From Methanomicrobia archaeon (lineage in GTDB: Archaea; Halobacteriota; Syntropharchaeia; Alkanophagales; Methanospirareceae), in the NCBI GenBank assembly GCA_016930255.1, contig JAFGHB010000004.1:1444-65443 (forward strand): DNA of 64,000 bases, read 5' to 3'. The notes below the pieces were generated by a model. That model was given only the letters and a program-made list of their open reading frames with translations, was not told where the DNA came from and searched no databases. A program made the position numbers and the translations under genes. The first letter of the stretch is position 1, and every line of letters begins with the position of its first letter. Of this stretch, positions 39,016-47,766 are shown piece after piece.

Positions 39016-40349
39016 TAAGGAAGCTGTTATGTAGAAACAAAATGAAGAATGTACTGGCTATTTGTAGTATAGTGGCAGTGCTCGCGTGTCTTGTTGCTCC
39101 GGTAAGCGCGGGCACTGATGCGAGCATCGTTATAACAAACGTAAAGCCTACGGAATTCCTGCCCGGCGAGACGAAAACGCTGACGGTTACCCTTCAGAAT
39201 GGGGGGTCCTACGATGCAAAGCACGTAACGCTTAATTTCGAGGACACTGAGTATATCTCGGTGGTTGGCTCGTCAAGCGTCTCGGCGCTCTCGCTCTCCG
39301 GGTGGAGTTCCAAAGACGTGACGATCACTGTTCATGTCGCAAAGGGCGCGCCAAGCGGGGCGTATGCCATTCCCGTCACCTGCACGTTTGATCAATACTA
39401 TTCCGAGGGCAGTCAAACGGTTACCGAAACCATGCCCGAAGTCTCCTATTCGATCGTCCTCCAGGTGGCGCAGGGCGCGATCATCGATATCGCTGACATC
39501 GTCCCGTCAGAACTGAAGCCCGGTGAGCTGACAGAGCTGCAGTTTACCATCGCCAATATTGGCAATTATCCGTTGCAGGACATCGCCTTTTCGTGGAACG
39601 AAGCGGAAGGAGCAATTCTCCCTCTTTCTTCTGACAATACGAAACACATTAATCGTATCGATGTTGGTGAATCCGTTGAAGTAGCGTACACGGTCGTAGC
39701 CGATGTGAATGCCGATGCCGGGGTGTATCAATTAGATCTGACGATAAAGTTTGACGACGAAAGCGGCGGCTCGAGATCGCTGAACACGACCGCGGGCATC
39801 ATCATAGGCGGGGGAACTGATTTTGACGTGACCTTCTCTGATAGTTCAGATAGCCAGACGTCGCTTTCTGTTGCGAACATCGGTAATAATCCCGCGTATT
39901 CCGTGACGGTGAAGATTCCTGAGCAGGAGCAGTTCGCGGTTCAGGGCAGCTCCGCCTCGATCGTCGGCAATCTCGATACAGGCGATTACACCATCGTCTC
40001 ATTCGAGCTAACGTCCACACGTACTTCGTTCGGAGGACCTGCTGCTGCAGATCCCTCTCAACAACAAAGTGCCACTCAAAACAACGATCTTGACGTATTG
40101 ATTGAATATACAGACGCAACGGGCACACGACAAACGGTTGAAAAAACCGTGGCGATTCCATCCACTAATTCGAGCTCAAATGCAGCTCAATTCCCTCCTG
40201 GTATGATGAGACAACAGCAGAGCATCTGGCAAAATACCACCTTAATTGGCGTTATTGCTCTCGTGATTCTCCTTATTGTTGGATTTATCTGCTACAAGAA
40301 AAGGCAATCGGTAACTGCGTTTTTAACCCGATTTTCACGAGCAAAGTGA
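39012..40349 (+). CDS. secreted beta-sandwich repeat protein (CARDB/COG1361-like) with C-terminal TM anchor
   Basis: Signal peptide. Repeated ~110-aa units (P.E..PGE...L...L.N.G...A..V...). C-terminal LIGVIALVILLIVGFICYKKRQ anchor. Confidence 0.6.
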   Translation: MIRKLLCRNKMKNVLAICSIVAVLACLVAPVSAGTDASIVITNVKPTEFLPGETKTLTVTLQNGGSYDAKHVTLNFEDTEYISVVGSSSVSALSLSGWSSKDVTITVHVAKGAPSGAYAIPVTCTFDQYYSEGSQTVTETMPEVSYSIVLQVAQGAIIDIADIVPSELKPGELTELQFTIANIGNYPLQDIAFSWNEAEGAILPLSSDNTKHINRIDVGESVEVAYTVVADVNADAGVYQLDLTIKFDDESGGSRSLNTTAGIIIGGGTDFDVTFSDSSDSQTSLSVANIGNNPAYSVTVKIPEQEQFAVQGSSASIVGNLDTGDYTIVSFELTSTRTSFGGPAAADPSQQQSATQNNDLDVLIEYTDATGTRQTVEKTVAIPSTNSSSNAAQFPPGMMRQQQSIWQNTTLIGVIALVILLIVGFICYKKRQSVTAFLTRFSRAK

Positions 40350-40368
40350 AGAAAGAGTAAGTAACACG

Positions 40369-41622
40369 ATGAAAGTGAGAAAATCCCTCAAGTTAGCCGT
40401 AAATATTCTGGTGCACAGCAAGCTGCGTAGCTGGCTGACGATTATCGGTATCGTCATCGGAATCGCTGCGGTGGTTGCGATCGTATCTATAGGGGAAGGC
40501 ATGCAGCAGGGTGTCGAGAGCCGTCTTGGAGGGCTCGGTGCGGATGTTATTACCATCTCCCCTGGGGGAGGGCGTGCTTCTGCGGGGTTCCGTGGCCCTC
40601 CTGGTGAGCAGGGAAGCGCTGCAACCTCTGATGACGCCGAAGATTTAACCAAAAGAGACGTTCAAGTGCTTCAGTCTGTAGACGGTATTGAGTTGATTCA
40701 GGGCACCGTTTCAAGCAGCGGAGAAGTGTATTACCTCGGAGAAAAGGCAACCGTTTCTATTGAGGGTGTAGAACCGTTGGTCTGGAAAGAGATGACCACA
40801 TCTGAACTGGAATCCGGGCGGTTCCTCGGCCCGTCAGACTATAATGCCGTTGTCGTTGGCAACAGCATAGCCGAAGATACGTTCAAACAGCCGTTAACGG
40901 TGAACCGCGTGATCACCATCGAGGGCAAAGCATTCAAGATCGTGGGCATTTTAGAAGAAAGTGGGAGTTTTGGTGGGAACGACCGTACGATAATCATGCC
41001 CATTGACGCTGCGCGAGATACCCTGGATGACATTGGCGAGGATGAGTTCGACTCTATCACGATCAAAGCAGCGAGTACTGCTGATATCGACCAGATTATG
41101 GAAGATGCCGAGCAGAAGTTACTGAACTATCGGCACCTTACGGAGGACACCGCGGATTTCAGAATAAGCTCAGAAAAATCCATGCAGGAGACCATGAGTG
41201 ACGTCACAGAAACCATGTCCCTATTTTTAGAAGCGATTGCCGCAGTTTCTTTGCTGGTCGGATCCGTGGGTATTGCGAACACCATGTTTACGTCAGTGCT
41301 GGAGAAGACGAAGGAGATCGGGATCATGAAATCGATCGGAGCAAGGAACGGTGACATCATGATGATTTTCCTCTTAAATGCAGCAATCGTCGGGCTGGTC
41401 GGCGGGGTATTAGGGATCTGTCTTGGTACCGGCATTTCTTCATTACTGCCGCTCCTGGGTATGCGGATAATGGGAATGGGGGAAGAAGTGACGACGGTGA
41501 TCACACCTATGCTTTTAATTTATGCGGTTCTTCTCGCCGTCGGCATTGGCATCGCAGCTGGTGTTATTCCGGCCTATCGCGCGTCAAGGCTCAAGCCGGT
41601 TGATGCATTGAGGTATGAGTGA
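40369..41622 (+). CDS. ABC transporter permease (FtsX/MacB-type, large extracytoplasmic domain)
   Basis: 417-aa ORF with an N-terminal TM, a ~220-aa external domain, and a C-terminal FtsX block (IGIMKSIGARNGDI...AYRASRLKPVDALRYE). Confidence 0.85.
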   Translation: MKVRKSLKLAVNILVHSKLRSWLTIIGIVIGIAAVVAIVSIGEGMQQGVESRLGGLGADVITISPGGGRASAGFRGPPGEQGSAATSDDAEDLTKRDVQVLQSVDGIELIQGTVSSSGEVYYLGEKATVSIEGVEPLVWKEMTTSELESGRFLGPSDYNAVVVGNSIAEDTFKQPLTVNRVITIEGKAFKIVGILEESGSFGGNDRTIIMPIDAARDTLDDIGEDEFDSITIKAASTADIDQIMEDAEQKLLNYRHLTEDTADFRISSEKSMQETMSDVTETMSLFLEAIAAVSLLVGSVGIANTMFTSVLEKTKEIGIMKSIGARNGDIMMIFLLNAAIVGLVGGVLGICLGTGISSLLPLLGMRIMGMGEEVTTVITPMLLIYAVLLAVGIGIAAGVIPAYRASRLKPVDALRYE

Positions 41623-41724
41623 AATGCATTTCAATACCGTGGTAGACGCACTCGTTGATGGTGCCTCCTCGTTGCTTGGCATTCACGGAGTTTCTGCTGG
41701 CGTCGGTAGAGGTAAGTCCGAGAA

Positions 41725-41790
41725 AATTTGGGTAAGATTTGGGTGGGATTTGGCTCTAATTAGGGTGAAAAGAAAAGCTTATGAGGGGTT
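41725..41790 (+). promoter_or_regulatory. triple 11-bp-phased direct repeat plus conserved box (copy C)
   Basis: TTTGGGT at 41727 and 41738 and TTTGGC at 41749, then gaaaagaaaagcttatgagggg. It lies about 55-60 nt upstream of ATG 41847. Confidence 0.6.
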
Positions 41791-41846
41791 ATTTCCAATA
41801 TATAGCCGTGGAAAAGCGTTAAAAATTTAGGAGGTGATATGACAAA

Positions 41847-42422
41847 ATGAAAACAAAATTGATTGCAGGATTGGTGGTTCTGGCATTGGTGGCAACGGCC
41901 ACTGGTGCGGTTCTCGCCCGGGACAATTCTGGCATGCAACCACCTGAAGGTGTGGAATCGCTCACGGGAGCACATCAGTGGTCCAGAGGTCCTGGGTGTA
42001 TGAACCAATTGACGGAGGAGCAGAGAGAGGAAGTGCAGGAACAAATGCAGGAGTTCCGGCAGCAGTTAGCGGAGCAGTACGGTGTCGACATGACGGACGC
42101 GGAGCGAGAGGAAATGCGGGAGCAACTACAGGAAAAGCAACAGGAGCAGCATCAGGAAATGCAAGAGTTCAGACAGCAGTTAGCGGAGCAGTATGGTATC
42201 GACATGACGGACGAGGAGCGAGAGGAAGTGCAGGAACAAATGCAGGAGTTCCGGCAGCAGTTAGCGGAGCAGTATAACATCACCTGTCCCAGCGGCCCGC
42301 AATTTGTGGATGAAGATGGTGATGGTATCTGTGAAAACATGGGCCCGCACATGCGAGGGTTTCGAGGAGAGCCAGGATTCGGTGAATTTCCACCAACTCC
42401 TCCAGATGTAGCGGAACAGTGA
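41847..42422 (+). CDS. secreted E/Q-rich helical protein with LTxxQ motif and three internal repeats, paralog of 36134
   Basis: Signal peptide, then NQLTEEQREEVQEQMQEF. QEFRQQLAEQY(G.DMTD.EREE) is repeated three times (DNA repeats start at 42048, 42162 and 42243). Conserved YNITCP block. Confidence 0.55.
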   Translation: MKTKLIAGLVVLALVATATGAVLARDNSGMQPPEGVESLTGAHQWSRGPGCMNQLTEEQREEVQEQMQEFRQQLAEQYGVDMTDAEREEMREQLQEKQQEQHQEMQEFRQQLAEQYGIDMTDEEREEVQEQMQEFRQQLAEQYNITCPSGPQFVDEDGDGICENMGPHMRGFRGEPGFGEFPPTPPDVAEQ

Positions 42423-42616
42423 TAACGGAGATGGTATAGCCGCCATTATACACAAACCGTAGTAGTGAGTGGTGCGTGGTTCTTTTTCCACATCTTCCAC
42501 GCACCCACTATTTTTTCAGTTTTGGTAAACGAACAAGGGGAAGAAGAAAGCAGGTCATGTTAGATTACGGGAATACCGTTTAAAACGGAAAGAGAAAAAA
42601 ATAGAAGGTGATAAAA

Positions 42617-42937
42617 ATGCCGATACCACTGCCGCAGCCTCAGCCAGACATGTGGCTCGTCAACCTCAAAGCGGTTACAACATTAGGGAACATTATACTC
42701 TTGTTGTGTTTACTTGTCATCTACGCGAGGAACTACGGGCAGATCAAATCGAAATTCGCGCTGGGCTTGATCGCTTTTGTTATTCTCCTGCTTGTGCAGG
42801 CGTTCACCTCGAATCCGTTCGTCCACGTGATGTGGGGCTTTCGCCATATAAATGCGTTGGGCTTGTTCACCATATTGCCTGATCTGTTTGAATTTGTGGC
42901 CTTGGCGATATTACTGTATATTAGCCTGAAGTCCTGA
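42617..42937 (+). CDS. small three-TM membrane protein, paralog of 35663-35980
   Basis: Same GAAGGTGATAAAaATGCCG start context and clear protein homology to the 35663 product. Confidence 0.6.
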   Translation: MPIPLPQPQPDMWLVNLKAVTTLGNIILLLCLLVIYARNYGQIKSKFALGLIAFVILLLVQAFTSNPFVHVMWGFRHINALGLFTILPDLFEFVALAILLYISLKS

Positions 42938-43352
42938 GTCGTTATGCGCTTCTCAGAGCGTAAAAACGACTGCATGGGATTCTAAATTGGATGAAGCGCT
43001 GGGTAGCGTGGGTACCGTTACGATAACCACCAAAGATTATGAAGGGATCGAAATAGGCGAAGGCACGCTAAGATAAGACCAGACCGAACGAAGGTGATTG
43101 CCGTGGCGACCATCGGGTGCAGCTCACAGTTCATCCGCCACAACAGAGCGTGGGGGCTCGATAGATTTCGGATTGCCCGCACAAAGAGATTCGGAACATA
43201 GCTTGTGCAGCGAAGGACCGAAAGGCCGCTTCCGAAGAAGCTCCAAATATCTTCGTTCTTGCCACGTGGGCTCAAAAAAAACCAATTATTTTATATACCC
43301 TTATCAAATAATATCTCGACAACTACCTAAAATAAAGAAAGGGGTGAAAGAA

Positions 43353-43688
43353 ATGGAGATAAAGATGAAATACAGGTTTGCATTTACGCTCTGCGTGCTC
43401 TTGCTCCTCACGGGATTGAGTGTGGGGCTTGCAGGAGCGCAAGAAGCAGAAGCGGCAGCTACAGTGGGAATGACAGAAGGCGCATGGATCGCCTTAGCAA
43501 CAGCAGCAACGATGGTGGGTTCCGCACTCGCTGCGGGTTGGGCAATAGTAGCTACCGGTGTTGCTGCTGCTGGCGCGACGGCGGAGAAGCCTGAGATATC
43601 CGGGCGAGTGCTTATTTTCGTAGCTCTCGCCGAGGCAATAGCTATCTATGGGCTTTTGATCGCATTCATGCTCTGGACGAAGATATAG
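43353..43688 (+). CDS. A/V-type ATPase proteolipid (subunit K/c)-like hairpin protein, orphan
   Basis: AAAGGGGTGA Shine-Dalgarno site before ATG 43353. Signal-like N-terminus, then two TM helices: [35 protein letters not shown] and [23 protein letters not shown] with a conserved carboxylate (E). No other ATPase genes are nearby. Confidence 0.5.
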   Translation: MEIKMKYRFAFTLCVLLLLTGLSVGLAGAQEAEAAATVGMTEGAWIALATAATMVGSALAAGWAIVATGVAAAGATAEKPEISGRVLIFVALAEAIAIYGLLIAFMLWTKI

Positions 43689-43754
43689 ATAGCCGCGCAG
43701 AGCGCTCAATGCGCCGTGTGAAGCAAAAAAAACAAAAAGTAAAGAAGACGTAAA

Positions 43755-43991
43755 ATGCAACTTTGGGCAAAGTTGAAAGGAAAGCTAAAGGGCAATCTTT
43801 TTTTCCAAGCCCTTCCTTTTGCTTTTCTTATCGCGGTTCTCACGTTCCTCGGTTTATTCGGCGGGTTTACATTCGGTAAGCGATTCGAGGGCAGCGTAGC
43901 CAGCTTCGCGCTTGCTTTCGCCTTGTCCTTCCTCGGCTTCATCTTTGGACTGCTTATCTCTTATGCGCTCATGAAGCTGAAATACGAATGA
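43755..43991 (+). CDS. small two-TM membrane protein
   Basis: 78-aa hydrophobic ORF immediately downstream of the proteolipid-like gene. No family recognised. Confidence 0.35.
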   Translation: MQLWAKLKGKLKGNLFFQALPFAFLIAVLTFLGLFGGFTFGKRFEGSVASFALAFALSFLGFIFGLLISYALMKLKYE

Positions 43992-44524
43992 TTCCGTGCT
44001 GTTTCTTCGTTCTTGAAAATTATCACGGTAAATTGAGCCCTGCGGTATTAGGTGATTTTAGTGCGTTACGATCCGGTAGTTTAAAGCGGAAAGAGAAGAG
44101 CGGAGAGGCAATGGCACGAATAAGTTTGCTCGCGGATTTGGAGTGAATACAGGAGGCGATTATGGCCAAGCGAGATACGAATAAGCCTCTTATCGCGATA
44201 TGTGTGGAAACCGGCTGTATCTACCTTGGCGTCCACAAGGTGATAACCGCGTTTAGGAGGATTGAAAGGCAGAGGCGGGAAGACAATATTAACGTGAGGG
44301 AGGCGGGCTGCCTGACATACAAGCTAAAGTAGAGCGAAGAGCAAGCGCATTAAATAATGGAACCTTCAATCAACCTAAAAATCTACGGGAGCTTTCCAAT
44401 TATAAAAAAAAACTCTATCGCTATCTTGTAACTCGTCTAAAAACGACAGCTTACTAACTGAGTACTTGAATATCCTAAAGTTTGTGTGAAAAAAGCAGTG
44501 AGGGAAAAATATTGAAAATCTCAA

Positions 44525-45103
44525 CTATCGAGTGTGGTTATTCTTCTTATAAACGAATATCGCATCCCAATCGGCAACCCTTCGAAAATCCTCAAAAGTC
44601 TCTTTTTCCCACCTTTGGAATGGTCCTCTATCGGGATCATGGACACATACCTCATCATTATTATAACCAACAATAACTACCATATGTGTTGGCTTGTTTT
44701 TAATACTAACCATTGGAACACAATTTGAAGATATCTTGCCAAGAATTTCGTCCAGAGGAACAATCCTCTCTTCTGCGCGGCCTTTTAACTCCATATACTC
44801 AGTTAAAATACGTTGGACTTCGACGGTGGCCCTATCTAATCTTTCTCCTCTCTTCTCTATCACCCTAGAAGTTCGAGAACCAATGCCGAAATCTGCAGTA
44901 TAATATTCGGTTTGAAAACCTAGCTTATTTGCAGCCAATGCGATACCAATAGCTAGGGCTCCTCTTGTAAATCTCTCTCCAGCAAGTTCTTGAATTTGAT
45001 TTTTCTCGTGATTTTCCCCGAAATAATCGAGTACCATTCTGAGAGAAGTATAGCCACAATCGTATTTTCCTGGTTGCTTATGGAAGGGTATCTCTAACTT
45101 CAT
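44525..45103 (-). CDS. peptidase C39-like (papain-fold) cysteine protease domain protein
   Basis: 192-aa ORF in an AT-rich stretch. PFHKQPGKYDCGYTSLRMVLDYFG (nucleophile Cys context) and THMVVIVGYNNDEVCVHDP (His context). Confidence 0.55.
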   Translation of the reverse strand: MKLEIPFHKQPGKYDCGYTSLRMVLDYFGENHEKNQIQELAGERFTRGALAIGIALAANKLGFQTEYYTADFGIGSRTSRVIEKRGERLDRATVEVQRILTEYMELKGRAEERIVPLDEILGKISSNCVPMVSIKNKPTHMVVIVGYNNDEVCVHDPDRGPFQRWEKETFEDFRRVADWDAIFVYKKNNHTR

Positions 45104-45289
45104 AACAATTGATAAATGATAACAGGACTATTTATCAGTTACGGAGAAAAAGGAAAAATCGAGAAATGATCGTTGAGATCAAAAGTTCAGGATAAACACT
45201 CCTACAAGTTACGGGCTATTCGATATTTAAAGTATGATCGTGTCACCAGGATCTGTAATTAGTATTAAAACTTAGGTGTTGGACTTTAA

Positions 45290-45889
45290 TTACCCTTCAA
45301 TCTCCGTTATTATCTTCCCATCCACCGATACGTAGAAGCGATAATCACCTTTTGCCTGTTCCATTGTCACGTAGACCTCTTGCCCCTGTTTAATGATCGT
45401 CCCGAAGGTGCTTGGTAACACGGGGTACACGTACTCTGCCTTGTTAATCTGCGGCTTTAAATCAGCTCTCACTTCAAACTCAGTATCGTACGTGCGGTGA
45501 ACTTCAATCTCGTCACCGTCGATTGCACGCAGGAAGAAGATCACTGCACAGGTTCGAGCCCATCGTGGTATCTTACCGATACCTAAGAAGTCGGGGACTA
45601 TTGCCTTGGAAATTACGAATTCGTCTATTTCCTCGCCACTCTTCATCTCCGGGATGGTAAACACTCGCGGCGCTATCGACTGTTGCTGCTGGTCAAAATA
45701 ATAGTATCCAAAGAGCTCGCCACCGGGGAAGCCTTCGTCCGATAGATTGCGTAGCAAAAAGGTATGGAGAATAGAATTCCCCGCAATAAACGAAGGTTTG
45801 GAAAGGTAGATCTCGAAATAGTTCTCGTAGACGCTTAAGAAGTCTTCATCAAACGACCGGATCTTTGGTACGAAGCCTAGTTTGTGCAT
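45290..45889 (-). CDS. hypothetical protein
   Basis: 199-aa uninterrupted ORF with typical local codon usage. No family recognised. Confidence 0.45.
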   Translation of the reverse strand: MHKLGFVPKIRSFDEDFLSVYENYFEIYLSKPSFIAGNSILHTFLLRNLSDEGFPGGELFGYYYFDQQQQSIAPRVFTIPEMKSGEEIDEFVISKAIVPDFLGIGKIPRWARTCAVIFFLRAIDGDEIEVHRTYDTEFEVRADLKPQINKAEYVYPVLPSTFGTIIKQGQEVYVTMEQAKGDYRFYVSVDGKIITEIEG

Positions 45890-46059
45890 GGTATCTTAGC
45901 TTGGTACCCCTTTATATAAGCCTTACGATATCCGAAATTACATTGAATAAACACGCCATTTCACGTTAAAGAATCAGCTAAAAAGCTAAAAAAATTGCGC
46001 GTAAAGCTATCGAAAAATGTAAAAAATATTACAAGAAATAGCAGTTTATTTTTCGTTAA

Positions 46060-47766
46060 CTAATGCGTGAAATAGGCAACTACTTCCATTTTCGGTTCGT
46101 TAACAGAATCGATCCTGACGAAGCCGTACCGTTCGAACTGAACCACATTCCCGAGTTCCGTGGCAATTAACGGCTCGCCGATACCTTCCTCCGCTACTCC
46201 GTCAGGCCTCTTCACCCTGACGCTTATGCCGTCCGCAGGTGCCCACTGGATAACGGGCATGTCTGTCGTCGGTTCGGTAGCTCTATCTATAACCATTGCC
46301 ACTAAGGGCTCGGTGCTCTCGATCTCTACCGTGCAGAGATACTTCAATCTCACTTTTTTTCCCGGCGCCAGTCTCGCGGAATCAGTATCACTGAGGTAAA
46401 CGGTATTGCCAGTTTGTATCTCTCGATACCCCTCACGTGAAGGATGCTTTAGTGCGTGCGCCACAAGCGAATCCACCCCTTCCAATCGCAGTGCCACGGG
46501 ATTCCGCACGAAGAAGTATCTATTCGATACGTCATCCACCAGCTTTCGGTTCTCTGCATATAAATTCTTCATGCTCACCGCGATATCGTTCCGCGTGACA
46601 CCCATAGAAACGAAGAACTTGCGAATCGCTTCCGGTTGAAATCCTCTTCTGCGCAGTGCTCTGAGCGTTGGCAGTTGCGGGTCGTCCCAGCCTTCGTAGT
46701 CGCCGCGTTCTATCGCTTTTCCGAGCTCGGACGTGCTGAATTTGCCGAATTCGTGTATCTTTATCTTGCCCCAGAGCATCGTCCGGGGATATTCCCAGCC
46801 GAAATAGTCGTATAAGAACCGCTGTCGCTTCTCCGATTTCATGAGGTCCTTGCCCCGTATGATGTGCGTCAGACCGAGCAGGTGATCCTCGATGGCCGAC
46901 TCGAAATCCAGCATTGGCCATACCACGTATCGCCCGCCGACTCGCGGGTGATCGCGTTTGAGCACTCGGAATGCGACCCAATCGCGCAACGCGGGATCAG
47001 GACTGGCAATATCCGTTTTTATCCGCAGCACTGCCTCTTTCTCTTCGTACACGCCGTTGAGCATCTTCTCCCAGTTCTCCATCGTTTCTTCTCTGCTCGC
47101 GGTCCTGTGGGGGCAGGGCTGCATATTGTCTTTATACAGCTTAAACGTCTCCGCAGGGCAGAAGCAGACATACGCCGCCCCTTTCCGGATCAGCTCCTCC
47201 ACATACGTATAATACAAATCTATACGTTCCGATGCCACGACTATTTCATCCGGTTCAGCATCTAACCATGCGCAGTCCTCTAGATACCAGCTATACGCTT
47301 CTAATAACGGCCGTTTCACTACTGGATCCGTATCATCAAATCGCAGAATGAATGTTCCATTATAGCGCTGGGCGTACTCCGAATTGATAATAATGCCACG
47401 AGCGCTGCCAAGCGTCGCCGCGCCATTGGGATTGGGCGCGAACCGCATCACCACATTCTCCCCCTCTGCCAGCGGCAGTTCAGGCAAGCCAGTTTCAGTA
47501 CGTCTTGGTTCTGTTGCCGCTGCAGCTAGCTCATCTAATAACTCCGGCGCGATTGTAGCCAGTTCGTCCGCGCGCTCGTCCTTACTCAGCGAGTCTATAC
47601 GCGCGATCTCCTCGTTCACTACTATCGAGAGACTCTTAGCGTCTTTTCGTAACTCGGGCTGTTCTGAGAGCATGCGCTTCAGCACCACATCCTTCTTCGG
47701 CGATTTACCGTATTTCACTGCGTTCTGTAACGCGTATTTCCGTATCTGTGCCCTTAACTCTTCCAT
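46060..47766 (-). CDS. gltX: glutamate--tRNA ligase (archaeal type)
   Basis: 568-aa ORF. Class I HIGH-like region (FAPNPNGAATLGSARG), a KMSKS-like loop (KFSTSE), and length/layout of archaeal GluRS. Confidence 0.9.
   Translation of the reverse strand: MEELRAQIRKYALQNAVKYGKSPKKDVVLKRMLSEQPELRKDAKSLSIVVNEEIARIDSLSKDERADELATIAPELLDELAAAATEPRRTETGLPELPLAEGENVVMRFAPNPNGAATLGSARGIIINSEYAQRYNGTFILRFDDTDPVVKRPLLEAYSWYLEDCAWLDAEPDEIVVASERIDLYYTYVEELIRKGAAYVCFCPAETFKLYKDNMQPCPHRTASREETMENWEKMLNGVYEEKEAVLRIKTDIASPDPALRDWVAFRVLKRDHPRVGGRYVVWPMLDFESAIEDHLLGLTHIIRGKDLMKSEKRQRFLYDYFGWEYPRTMLWGKIKIHEFGKFSTSELGKAIERGDYEGWDDPQLPTLRALRRRGFQPEAIRKFFVSMGVTRNDIAVSMKNLYAENRKLVDDVSNRYFFVRNPVALRLEGVDSLVAHALKHPSREGYREIQTGNTVYLSDTDSARLAPGKKVRLKYLCTVEIESTEPLVAMVIDRATEPTTDMPVIQWAPADGISVRVKRPDGVAEEGIGEPLIATELGNVVQFERYGFVRIDSVNEPKMEVVAYFTH

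Noticed and set aside
36026-41790. Possibility that the TTTGGGT repeats are a degenerate CRISPR array or MITE
   Set aside because: The units are only 7 nt with an 11-nt period and only three per site. There are no spacers of CRISPR size and no terminal inverted repeats or target-site duplications. All three sites are promoter-proximal and on the same strand as downstream genes.
41839-41850. Mini-uORFs directly after GGAGGTGA (atg aca aaa tga at 41839; atg aga aaa gat gaa gca tga at 58220)
   Set aside because: They are 3-6 codons long and overlap the real starts. They are most simply explained as chance ATGs in A-rich spacer sequence. The annotated starts have normal Shine-Dalgarno spacing.
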